Assembly: GCA_047967505.1 (NCBI GenBank)
Contig: CM106538.1
Length of the DNA stretch: 64,000 nt
Origin: Dipteris shenzhenensis
Taxonomy: Eukaryota
Strand: one strand, 5' to 3'
Below are positions 13,869 through 25,783 of this stretch, piece after piece. The translations under genes were made by a program, and so were the position numbers. A model generated the notes under the pieces. It worked only from the letters and a program-made list of their open reading frames with translations. It was not told where the DNA came from and did no database searches. Numbering within the stretch: position 1 is the stretch's first letter; every line of letters begins with the position of its first letter.

Positions 13869-14012
13869 GTCGCTATATAGCGACGTTTACCAGTGTCGCT
13901 ATATAGCGACGATTAACAGAGTCGCTATATAGCGACGTTTGCATCGTCGCTATATAGCGACGTTTTCATCGTCGCTATATAGCGACGATTAACAGCGTCA
14001 CTATATAGCGAC
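13869..14012. repeat. Right subterminal array of GTCGCTATATAGCGAC
   Basis: Copies at 13869, 13895, 13921, 13946, 13971 and a one-mismatch copy at 13997. Confidence 0.95.
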
Positions 14013-14504
14013 GGTTTATAGCAACGCTCCTTTTTCGACGATTTTAAAGACTTTTATAGCGACCTTTGCGCCCGTGAAAAAAAAAATTTTAATGTAAAAA
14101 GCGTCGGTATTTCCATCGGAAAATGGCCTATGCCTTGTAGTGAAGAAATGGATGGGGGGAGGGCTAATGGAAGATTGGGATGAGGGATGGGGAGTAATGG
14201 GAGCCAATGGGAGAGGGGATAAATGAAAAGCCAATAGGAGAGAGGGGAGGAATGGAAAGCCAATAGGAGAGGAGGAAAACCTAATTTTTCTTATATATAG
14301 TCTTCCTTCTTCATTCATTCTCCCCTCATTTCATTCATTGAAGCAAGAAAGCAAGGACGATCAAGAAAGAAAGGAAGGAAGAGCAAGAAAGCAAGAAAGA
14401 GCAAACTTACAAACTTTTTCCAGGTACTTGCAATTTGTTTTGATTAATTCTTTATCTAGATTTTTTTTTTAAATTTTGAAGAGAGAGGAACTAGAGAGAG
14501 AAAG

Positions 14505-15220
14505 GTGGCGGCCACGGCCGCCAGCAGGGGGAAGGGGGCGGGGGGGAAGGGGGGGTGGGGGTTGGCGGCTGTGGCCGCTAGACCCCCTGGAGGGGGGGAA
14601 GGGGGGATGGGGGAGGGGGTGGGAGGGGGGCGAGGGGCAGGCAGGGGGGGGAGGGGGGCGGGGGGGGAGGGGGGGCTGGGGGCCGCGGCCGCCAGACCCC
14701 TTGGAGGGGGGGAAGGGGGGATGGGGGGGTTGAGGGGAAAAGGGGTGGGAGGGGGGCGGGGGGCTGGCGGGGGGGGGGAAGGGGGAGGGGGGGCGGCAGT
14801 CCCATGGAGGGAGGGAAGGGGGGAGGGGGGGTGGCACCCCCCTTCAGGGGGGCGGGGGGCGGGGGGATGGGGGGTGGAGGGGGAAGGGGGAAGGGGGGCT
14901 GGAGGGAAGGGGGGGGCAAGAGGGAGGGGGGGTAGAGGGGGGGGAGGGGTTCCGGAGATGGAGGGAGGGGAGGGGAGGGGAGGGCGGGGTTGAGGGAGGG
15001 AGGGAGGGAGGGAGGGGGGGAGGGGAGCAGAAGGAGAGAGAGGAGAGAGAGAGGGAGAGGAGAGGATGGAGCCAAAGGAGAGAGAGGGGAGAGGAGGGAG
15101 GGGAGTGAGAGAGAGAGTGAGGGGAGGGAGAGAGAAAGAGAGAGAGAGAGAGTGAGGGGGGAAGGTATGGGAGAGAGAGAGAGAGTGAGGGAGAGAGAAA
15201 CAAGGGAGTAGAGGGAGAGA
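14505..15220 (+). repeat. Extremely G-rich tract grading into a GA microsatellite
   Basis: Dozens of G3-G9 runs; the module GCCGC.AGACCCC.TGGAGGGGGGGAAGGGGGGATGGGGG occurs twice (about 14575 and 14688). Confidence 0.9.
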
Positions 15221-15229
15221 GGTCGAATT

Positions 15230-15700
15230 CTTACAAGAGCGACAAATAAGATTTGACTTAGGAAAAGAATGAAAGGGACTTACTAGAAGAAAGTATCAAG
15301 AAGAATGTTGAACAGAAATTTGAATTCTTACAACTAAGAGTAGAACTATCACGAGCAAGAGCAATACATAAGATTCTTGCTCAAATAAGATTTGACTTAC
15401 TATCACGAGCAAGAGCGACAAATAAGATTCTTGCTCAAATAAGATTACTATCACAAGCAAGAGTGACAAATAAGATTTGACTTACTATCACGAGCAAGAG
15501 CGACAAATAAGATTTGACTTACGAGAAGAATGAAAGGGATGTGACAAATAAGATTTGACTTACGAGAAGAATGAAAGGGACTTACGAGAAGAAAGTATCA
15601 AGAAGAATGTTGAACATAAATTTGAATTCAAAAGGAACGTATGAGAAGAAAGTATGAGAAGAATGTTGAACACAAATTTGAATTCAAATTTATAATGAAT
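15230..15700. repeat. Degenerate tandem repeat (ACAAATAAGATTTGACTTAC / TATCACGAGCAAGAGCG modules)
   Basis: Several direct copies are visible. Confidence 0.8.
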
Positions 15701-15947
15701 TCAAATTTCCCTCTCTTTTTTGAAAATTCAAATTTATGTGTAGGAGGAGTGGGCTAGTTTTTCTTATATATACTCTTCTTTCCATTCATTCATTCTCACT
15801 CTATCCTCATTTCATTGAAGCAACCAAGAGCTGAAGAGAAAGGATAAGCGGAGCCTTACTTTTTTCACTTTTTCCAGGTACTTGCATTCTTTTTCATTCG
15901 TCTTGTAATTCTTCTTCTTTACTTACAATTCTTTTTCAATTAGTTTT

Positions 15948-18141
15948 TGTTGGAATACTGAAAGGAAAGAGTAGAGTGGACACAAACTCAGAATACTTGC
16001 TTATAGAATGAAGAAGAAAGAGGTCCTTAAGTAGGCACCTCATACAAGGTCACTGACATCACTGATGACCTCAAAGCTCCACAATCATCTCCTCAATCTG
16101 CTCCTAGATTCACTCAATCATCCTATGTGGCTTTTCCACCACCTAACTGTGCTTGTGGGCACCTAACTGTGCCTCTAGCACTCACACATAGAAACATAAG
16201 GTGTGCCTGAGGCATACACCTTGAGATATCCCAACAAACCCCCCCTCAAGGAAATGCCTCAGGCTATGTCATGGATACATCTAGTCTCATAGTTTCTCAT
16301 GCCATCTCATGGTGGTCAAGGATTAATCTATGGCTAGGTTCTCATGCTAGCAAGGGTTCCCTTGGGTGTAAGGTAAACAGAAAGGGATACAAACAGACCT
16401 TCCAATGGTTATCTCCCCTACATGTACATGCACACAATGTCTGCAGGAGGTACCATGGAACAAAACATACACATGGCCTACATCATAAGGTGACCAGAGG
16501 TGTTCACAAAACACAACACACAATAATTTATTTTCATTCATTTTGGAGGACTATCCAGGCTGAGTACCTTGACATAAAAGGAGTGATCTGGAGCATACAT
16601 AGAGATAATTTAAAATGCATAATCTTCATGGGATGCCTCATCTTGTGGAGGCAAAATATCCATGTCAAGGCAAGGTCTTACCACATGGGCAGTGTCTAGT
16701 GCCTTATAAGATGGTACTATGATAGAACAAGTGGATCTGAAAGTCATATCCTTCAAGAGAACAATTATCTTGTCATCTCCATAGTTGTGTAGAGAAGCAT
16801 ATCTTAGGTGTCTGACCTTCATCTTTTTCTTGTACTTGGAGTCAAATAAAAATGCCATGATGGTGTAGATCTCTGTATTTGCTTCCTTTTTGGCAACCAT
16901 TGTTTTGGCAATCTTCAATAAGGAAGTCAGGTTGGCATTTTCATCCTTTGTAGCATAACAAGACATTGCTTTATGTTTTGGCTTTTCACATATTTGGCAT
17001 AAGCAAGCCATGAGAGGCTCTAACCCAAGTATTGGGTAGTGTCTTCTCTCTTACAAGGCAAAAAGAACTGAAATACTTCCAAAGTATAGCCACTTGTTGT
17101 AGCAAATAGTAGTTACTAGTTTTCAAACAATGATGCTACTTTTTATATGCTTCATAGAAGTGGATGAAATAACCACTTTCCAATCACAACCAGGTCTAGC
17201 AAGTCAAAACAAAACTGAAGCAACACTTGTAGTGAAGTTATTAAAAACTTCAAAAGACCAGAAATGCTAGAGTAGCATTTTATGTAGCATCATTTTCAAA
17301 AGCATGTAAAAACTGTCAAAACTAGAGAGCTGAACTTGGAGGGCTCATAGCACACTCTTCAAAGCAAAAGAAAGGGGGATTTCTAAGGCAAAAGAGAGCT
17401 GGTATACCACAGTAGATCCTCTGGGAAGAAGAGGCGAAAATATGCGTCAGGTTGCCTTCACCTTCATGAACAAAGTCGACTGGTTTTTCTCTGTTTTCTC
17501 CTTCAATATGCAGCCATTGCTGCTCAGATTTCAGCACAAGGTAGCTCTAGGTATGGACTAACTCCCCCTGAAAGAAATTAGAGAAAGTCGAGGTAGGCGC
17601 AGAGAACTTCGACGACTTTCGTACAATGGCGACCAGCAGCGCGGGTATTTTGTCAATTCCTTCCAGCCCGAAGTTCGCCCTAACAAGAGGGATCTACAGC
17701 AGAAAGGGTGTGAGAAATGGTTGAGGATTGAAGGAGAACAAGCTCAAGCAAAATTTTTGGAGAAGAGGGAGAGATGGTGAAGAAGAAGAAGAAGAAGAAG
17801 ATGATGATGTGGCAGAAATGGGCTCAAGGGGGATGAAATGGCTCTGATACCATGTTGGAATACTGAAAGGAAAGAGTAGAGTGGACACAAACTCAGAATA
17901 CTTGCTTATAGAATGAAGAAGAAAGAGGTCCTTAAGTAGGCAACTCATACAAGGTCACTGACATCACTGATGACCTCAAAGCTCCACAATCATCTCCTCA
18001 ATCTGCTCCTAGATTCACTCAATCATCCTATGTGGCTTTTCCACCACCTAACTGTGCTTGTGGGCACCTAACTGTGCCTCTAGCACTCACACATAGAAAC
18101 ATAAGGTGTGCCTGAGGCATACACCTTGAGATATCCCAACA
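15948..18141 (-). mobile_element. Non-autonomous LTR retroelement (2.2 kb) with a gag remnant and no pol
   Basis: 289-bp near-identical TG...CA LTRs (15948-16236, 17853-18141). tRNA-iMet PBS (revcomp GCTCTGATACCA, 17841-17852). PPT (revcomp AACCCCCCCTC from 16237). Flanks GTTTT/GTTTC (4 of 5 match). Confidence 0.9.
16610..17011 (-). pseudogene. gag: gag C-terminal remnant with CCHC zinc knuckle
   Basis: CQICEKPKHKAMSC fits CX2CX4HX4C, in the element's sense orientation. Confidence 0.65.
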
Positions 18142-18653
18142 GTTTCTTCTTAAAGTTTTTGAGTTCTATTTCTTAAAATTCGTCTTGTGTTTTCTAAAGT
18201 AACTGTGTAATAGACAAGAAATGAAACTACAGTTCCACAAAGACTTTTTAGTTCTCTAATGTAAAGTTGTAATAGACAAGAGAGACAAAGATGACATATT
18301 CGACAAGAGAGACAAAGATGACATCTTCTAGACTGAGCTAATGGAAGGTGTTTTTTAACATCATATGGCTTTGAGTTATATGATCTACTTCTTGTACAAA
18401 TGTGTCATGCTTTTTTTTAAATGTACTCTAGTTTTTTTTCTAATTTGATTTTTTAAAATCTTACTTTTTGTCTCTTTTAACAACATGAAGTCCTCTTTTT
18501 TTAATGTACTGTAGTTTTAGTAACATGTCACATCATTTTTTCTAATTTGCTTTTTTAAAATCTTACTTTTTGACTCAAAGTTTTATATTATAAGAGTCTC
18601 TTTTTTTGAAATGCTTTATCCAAAATTATCTCACAAAATAAATTTGGACAGTG

Positions 18654-19711
18654 CACTAGTCCAAAATTAATGAAATAGGTGTTATGCAAGCTACAATGAC
18701 ATGAACATCAAATCAAATGACTAAGTGTCAAAGCTTGGACAATTACATTTAATAATGTTAAGTACAACAACATCAAAAGTCAAATAAACGACCAAATGTT
18801 GAAGCCAAAACTATCATACAACACTGATAACCTACAACGACACTGAAAGCCAAATAAATGACCATGTGTCGAAGTTTAAACATTTATTTTATGAAATAAG
18901 CTACGACAACACTGAAAGTCGAATAAATGACCTAGTGTCGAATCGTACTTATTTTATAAATTATATATATAAGGAACAACACCAAAAGTTGAATAAACAA
19001 TAAAGTGTTGAATTTTATTACTCTTCTTAGGTTGAGAGATGACACATACAGTCGAATGATATGACCAAGTGTCGAGCTAGTTTCAAAACAATGAGAAGGA
19101 GTCCTTGTAACAACATCAAAGGTTGAATATTATAACCAAATGTTGAAATGTAGACTTACTTACTTAACCTCACATATAATCAAGTAATACGATCCAATGC
19201 AAAAAGATAAGCACCATGCAAATGCATGGCCGAAGTAATTGACTCAAATATTACATTACAAATCAGATGATCGACGTATTATGTCAAAACGCTAAATACG
19301 ACACTATGTCGATATCTAATAGTCATGTAATATCAAGAATAAAGAAGTTATGACATTGACATACTATATGAAAAGATGACACTACATCGAACATACGTGA
19401 AGAAGAAATGCCCCCCCAAAAAAAGCTTATCAACTTATCGAAAATTTGCCAACAGATGGGTTATTGAGCAGAGAAAGAAAAGCTATCATACCTTTATTTC
19501 AATTATAGTTTTGATTTTGGATTGCTAACCAAGCACGAACAGAGAGTCTCCTTGGTGACCTGCACAAATCCAAGGGACAATTAATAGAAATCCTCTTAGT
19601 AGAAGGCAAGCTATAAACTCCAGTTGAGTCGTTCCCAAAACTACCTTTTCGAGACACAGTGCCTTATGAACAAACTTATTAGAGAGCTTATGTAAGGTAA
19701 AGGGGAAGGAG
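18654..19711 (+). mobile_element. Probable CACTA-type terminus with subterminal repeats (segment B', inverted copy of 36403-37355)
   Basis: CACTAGTCCAAAA at 18654, followed by many ACGACAC/GTGTCGA-type short repeats. 18764-19711 is the reverse complement of 36403-37355. Confidence 0.55.
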
Positions 19712-21117
19712 AAAGCGTAAGGGAGGGAAGAAAGGAGGGCAGAGGGGGGGGGATAAAGAGATGGAAGAAGGCAGCATAGGGCTTGCCCTTCTCTTTGTTG
19801 AGCCTAGTCTACAGATTTTTGAGGATGGGTGGTTCAATGCTTGCAACTCTCAAGAGTGCCATTCTATCCTGAGTCAGAGGCAAAAATTTGAACATCAAAA
19901 GGCCAAGCCCCGCATGGAACTCAATAACGATCTCATGAGCTTTGAATAGGCTAGAGCAACGGGGAGGATGATGCCAATGTACAAGCATCAGGACTAGCTT
20001 TGCAGCAGTAGAGATTTGTATACAATTTTCGATTATCGACAGAAGCAAAGAGTTAGCGCAGGCCATAGGAAGTCCTTCCCAGTGTGTTCGGCAAGAAATA
20101 TTTCTACAACTAAACTCTCATGTTCTTTCCTGCTGTCTCTTTTTTGTCTACAGTATGCCTAGCACAGATGCTTTGGTCTTATGAAACAAGCATCAAAGTC
20201 AGAGTTATCAGAAGGATTAGAATAGGCCAATGATGGAAAAACTTTATTGGAGCTGCGCATAGTAGTGCCTCACTTGGCTCATCCTAGGGGGTTTCAGAAT
20301 GGAATGAGGAGGAATGAGATTGTATCCATCTAGCACCCTTCCACCGCCATCACGCCTGAATCAGAGAGAAGCTAGAAGCCCGTCACGCCCATGTTGAGGA
20401 GATCAACATATTGGTGCCAAGAATGACCCCCCTATCTACAAAAAAAAAAAAAGCATCAAAGGTGGAATCCGTGAGCTCGAGGATGGCCTAGGAAAGAACT
20501 TCATCGCGATCCGTAGCTATAGGGAATGGGGATGCGATCAAGAGTAGAAGAAACAATGAAATCCCTCGCCGAGTATTGCTACAAAAATTTGCCATAGCTC
20601 CTTTTCGTCTGGTCAGGTTCTTGGTTAGAAGTCCCTCTTTCATCCATAGTCGGACAGAAAAAGCGAATAGGAAAGTACTGTGATCTCCCACCTGAAAATC
20701 GAGAACCTGCTCAATGCTCAGCTTCCTTCATCCCCACAGAGGCCAATTACTATTGATTGGACTGAGAGCTCGAGATCTACTGCTATGGCTAAGGTGTCAA
20801 GGCCCCTTTTTGTGAAGATAGTGGGAGAGAGGGAAGGAGTCTCACTTGCGGCTTTCTCACATGCACAATGGGGTAATACACACAAAGGTGGAGGCTGAAA
20901 ACAGTTTTCCTCTTCTTAGTTGTGAAAGCCAAAAAAACTCTAGTACAAAGAAATAGAAGAACCCTATATGTGGCTCTCAAACCAAACTAACTAAGGTGGC
21001 ATACTAACTGAGCCACAAACTAGAGTAGACAAGGGTAGCTATCATCCAGCTATTATTCGTGGGCGGTGTACCAACCGCATCTCCAGCTAACAAGTCGGTG
21101 ACATAAATACACAACGG

Positions 21118-23027
21118 TCACCCTGGCATATCGTGAGTGGAGCTCGATATCTCAACACTCCCCCTCGAGCTCAATCCCAATTCCTGCACACCAAGCAGGT
21201 CTCTGAACTTGCGCAGCTTCTCTGTGCCCAATGCTTTCGTGAATATGTCAGCTACCTGATCCTCTGTGCTGACATAAACTAGATCAATAAGACCTAGTAA
21301 AACCTTCTCCCACACATAGTGATAATGCACCTCAATGTGCTTTGTTCTAGCATGAAAGACTGGGTTTTTTGCCAAGTGTATGCTGCTCATGTTGTCACAA
21401 TAAATGACAACTGGCCCATCTGTAGACTGATGCATATCATAGAGTAGCTTATGCAACCAAGCTACCTCACATGCAGCCATTGCTGCACCCCTGTACTTAG
21501 CCTCTGTGCTCAACAAGGCAACTGTAGGCTGTTTCTTGCTGCTCCAAGTGACTGCAGCACTCCCAAAAGAGAACACATATCCACTGGTAGATCGTCTATC
21601 AGAAATACTACCAGCCCAATCAGCATCGGTGTATCCATGCAACTGTATCTGAACCCCAGCCTCATAAAATAGTCCATACTGCAATGTGGACTTCACATAC
21701 CTGAGTATGTGTCTAGCCGCATCCAAATGCGGTTTCCTTGGAGCCTGCATAAACTGACTTACCAACCCAACAGCATAGCTCAAATCTGGCCTGGTAATAG
21801 TCATGTAAATCAAACTTCCTACTATGCGTCTGTACATAGTAGGGTCTTCCAGAAGCTCACCTGCATCTGCGCTCAGCTTCACATTCTGCTCCAAAGGAAT
21901 TGAAATAGGCTTACAGCCTGTCATCCCATATTTGGATAGCATGTCCAATCCATACTGCCTCTGCAAGAGCTGTATCCCACTTGGTGATCTAATCACCTCA
22001 ATGCCCAAGAAATAACGCAGCTCTCCCAAATCCTTCATCTCAAACTTCTGCCTCAATAGCATTTTCACATGAAGGATATCTTCATCACTATCACCTGTGA
22101 TGATCAAATCATCGACATAAATGACAAGCAGCATAATCCCTTTCTCTGTTTTTCTCACATAGACTGAGAAATCTGCCTTGGAAATCTGAAAGCCAATAGT
22201 GACAAGATACTGTCCTATCTTGTCAGACCATGCTCTAGGTGCTTGCTTCAAGCCATACAGGGCTTTCTTCAACCTGCAAACAAACTCAGGATGAATAGCA
22301 TGAACATAACCTGCTGGCTGCTCCATAAAGACCTCTTCTTGCAAATCACCATGCAAGAAGGCATTCTTTACATCCATCTAATGTAAAGACCATCCCTTTG
22401 ATGCAGCCATAGCAATGGCTCCTGTTGTGGTTGCCATCCTTGCAACCAGGCTGAAAGTTTCTTCATAATCAATGCCATATGTCTATGCATACCCCTTGAC
22501 AACTAATCTTGCCTTGTATCTATTCACAGAACCATCTGCATTGTGCTTGATCTTATAAACCCACTTACAGCCAATTGCATTCTTGCCTTTAGGCAAAGGC
22601 ACCAATTCCCATGTAGCATTAGCATCCAAGGCATCCATGGCTTTCTCCCATTTTTCATTTCCCATGGCTTGCTCAAAAGAAGTGGGTTCTGGTTCCTATA
22701 TCACTTTGACCATATAGGCATAGTGAATGGCAAATCCATCATATTTCAGCCTATCCACAGGATACCTAACCTTGGTAGACCTGCGCAAAATAGGCTCACT
22801 TTTAGGTGCTCTCAAAACATCCTTGGTCTTCCTTACTCCAGGTGTAACAACAGAAGGAATACCCAACTCATCATCAATGCTCTGCTCTGAGCCACTGGAT
22901 TGACCATCCACATAAGAGTGACCTGTATTCACATTAAACATGGGCTGATCTACCTTCTCTTTTCCTTTTCGTGATACCTGCATACCACTCTCTGCATTGC
23001 TTTGAGGAGATTCTCCTGATCTCAATC
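21118..23027 (-). pseudogene. pol: Copia-1 pol 3' part (reverse transcriptase and RNase H)
   Basis: [56 protein letters not shown]; stops present. Confidence 0.95.
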
Positions 23028-23454
23028 CTCAGGGGGGTCACTCGTCATATGTAACCCTATCATGTGAGTTCAACAGATGGGTTTTTATTAATTCAATTAC
23101 TTACATATTTATATATACATAAGGAAGTAATTTAATACCCAAAGGTTAATATACAGAAGGGTGTTTTATATTGAAAATTATACGAGAACAACAAACGAAA
23201 CACTTTCAGCGAAGAAATTGTAACCCGAAATCACTAATGAAAAAATAGCTTGAACCACCGAAGCCACCTTTACCCCCAGTCTTCTGCTCCGTAGCAATTC
23301 AGGTCACGGACGCGTGGGGCAGAAGGCTCGTAGTACCTGCCTATCTAGAAGCTTGCAACATGTGACATGGATATTTGCGTAGAGTGGCTTATGTCATGGG
23401 ACATTTTGAAATGCTATTACTGGCATTTTCCTTTTGAAATGAGTAAGCGCTCCT

Positions 23455-23715
23455 ATTGCATTTTCTTAAGTTCTAGAGAATTCTAAAAACCTTTTCTCTT
23501 TATTGCTCTTTTTGGCCTTTGCATTAGGATGAGGTTAGGATACTATGCTTTCTTGAATTCTAGAGAATTCTAAAAATCTTTTCTCTCTTTATTGCTCTTT
23601 TTGGCCTTTGCATTAGGATGAGATTATGATGCTATGATTTTCTCTCTTTATTACTCTTTTTTGGCCTTTTCATTAGGATGAGATTAGGATGCTATGAGGA
23701 TGCTATGCTTTCTTG
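23455..23715. repeat. Short degenerate tandem repeat in the left arm of P-1
   Basis: TTCTCT..TTATT.CTCTTTTTGGCCTTT.CATTAGGATGAG occurs three times; TTCTAGAGAATTCTAAAAA twice. Confidence 0.75.
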
Positions 23716-25783
23716 CATACATTGATCTCTAATCTTGATGAACACCATTAATTTTGAATTTATTTTTTGAAATTTTTTTATCCCGTCACTCTCTTTTTTT
23801 TTCTTTCTATCCACAGAGGGATTGCATTGAATCAATGGTGGAGGACTATTTTTGAAGTTGATGCCTCTTATACTTGATTTTCTTTGGTTCTACTCAGTCT
23901 ATTTAGCACTCCCTTTGTAAAGATCCTTCACGCTCTCAAACAATTGATCTATTATTTAAAAAAGAATAAATAATGGAGAGCCACTTCTATAATTAAATCC
24001 ATCGGATAAAACCTGTGAGAGTAAAGAAGTAAGGTATTTATTTTAAGATAGCCCTATTCAAAAGGATTCTCCCACTTGGGAAAATATAGTATCCATATAG
24101 CAACAAGGGATCAAAGCAAAAGGAAAAATTTTCATTGAGTGAGAATCCCATTATGCTTGAGGGTTTCTCACGCACTTGTGCCTAGAGTTGTAGATTAGCA
24201 AGTACCATGAGCATCATTACCAGTGACAGTTTGAACTAGAATATGGTAAACATGATCAATTCAAAGTAAATGAAAGAATAAAACTATTTCTAGGTTAGGA
24301 GAACATAAGCCCTTGTGTCTGATACATTGAGAGCTAAAGAAGGCTCTTATATATGGTATCTTCAAAGATTAAAGAAGACCCTTTCTAGCTTCTTAGACCA
24401 TATCTTTTCTCGAGGTATTATATACGCTACACAATGCCTAGAAATGGCATCTTGTTGTTTGCGGCATATGCTACACTCATGCTACACAATGCCTAAAAAT
24501 GCCTAGAAATGGCATCTTGTTTTTTGCGGCATCTAGTGGTGCATTAGTTATTAGAAGGACAATGCTAAAATCTCCCTGAGTTGTCATGGATGTGGTTGTA
24601 CATAGGTGTTAGCATGGCGTTGGAGGATAGGTCCCAAATGCACTTATATTGTACTCATACATGCAATGATGAAGCAATAAGCTATGTGCATATATAATTT
24701 ATATTATTGTCATGTATTAGATGCTGATTTTGTGATGAAGGGATGTAGAAGACCGGAAGATGTGGCTACTCGATTAATTTCTTTGTTGCAATCTATTATG
24801 AGTTGCATTCTTCTTGGCAACTTATTTTTCATTACTTTCGGTCTACATCTTCTTGACATAGGTGGAGTGTATCAGAGTGTGGTATGACATTAAGGCTGTT
24901 TTTTTTTGTGACTAATACCTTTCCAAGAGCGTCTCATGGTACAAGTTATAGAACATATAGATGACTAGAATTCATAACATGGCATGAAGAGAAATCTTTG
25001 TTTCCGGATTGCAAAGTTCTAGAAATTTGTTTAATGGGCCTAATTGTAGTTTTGCATTGTTTTGCATAGTGTATCTCGAACATAATGAGTACCGTTTTGT
25101 GAGCATTTTGTTGAGAATTTGTAACTCTTGTAATCTAGATGATATGAGAGTGATTCAAGCACCTATATTTTTCATTTTCTAAGTAAAAAATTCACATGCA
25201 TAAAACCAATTCACATTAAATTTCACAAATTGGCATTAAGGTATTGGCACTTTTGCTTAACAGAAGATGACATAAGCTATTTTGATTAACATAATGTACA
25301 GTTTTAATGAAACCTAGCATAATCTAACAAGAAGTAGCTAACCTAATGTACACAGGGTTGAGGGGGGCACAAGGAAACCTATTGAACCACCTGACAAAAT
25401 ATGAAGAGGGGAGAGGAGAAGAGTGGAGATGAGGAGAGAGGGCACAGCTAGGGAGCACACCACAAATGACTAACTGTACACTAGAATTAGTTGAAAAAAT
25501 AGAATATATACAAACCCTTTTAGGGTTAGGGTTAGGGGATCTAACCCTTTCCTTTATAGCACTCTATAAGGTTAGTGCTATGCACATATGATCACGTGAT
25601 GGTGCTATGCACACATGATCACATGATGTTGAGTGTGAACTCTCAACACCTTCCCTCAAGATCAACATCATGAAGTAGGCCTTCCCTCAAGATGATGATT
25701 CTGGGGAATCGAAGAAGGACTGAGCATTACATTCCATCACACCCCTTTAATGGGAATGTCCTTCCTCTGCATCAAACCAAGAG

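Larger units (their letters stand above)
1430..14142. mobile_element. CACTA (En/Spm) DNA transposon, full length, decayed
   Basis: Starts CACTAC at 1430 and ends GTAGTG at 14142. 3-bp TSD AAG at 1427-1429 and 14143-14145. Subterminal GTCGCTATATAGCGAC arrays at both ends; TnpD-like and TnpA-like coding regions inside; purine-rich flanks are continuous across the insertion. Confidence 0.92.

Noticed and set aside
13869-14012. Regularly spaced palindromic repeats with short variable spacers resembling a CRISPR array
   Set aside because: Repeats are 16 bp and spacers 9-10 bp, there are no cas genes, the context is eukaryotic, and they are explained as CACTA subterminal repeats.
14469-15211. Gly-rich and Pro-rich (extensin-like) ORFs
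   Set aside because: By-products of the G tract; open in nearly every frame.
19712-20805. Possible decayed coding sequence (LINE-like or other) left of Copia-1
   Set aside because: Only short ORFs with no recognisable motif.
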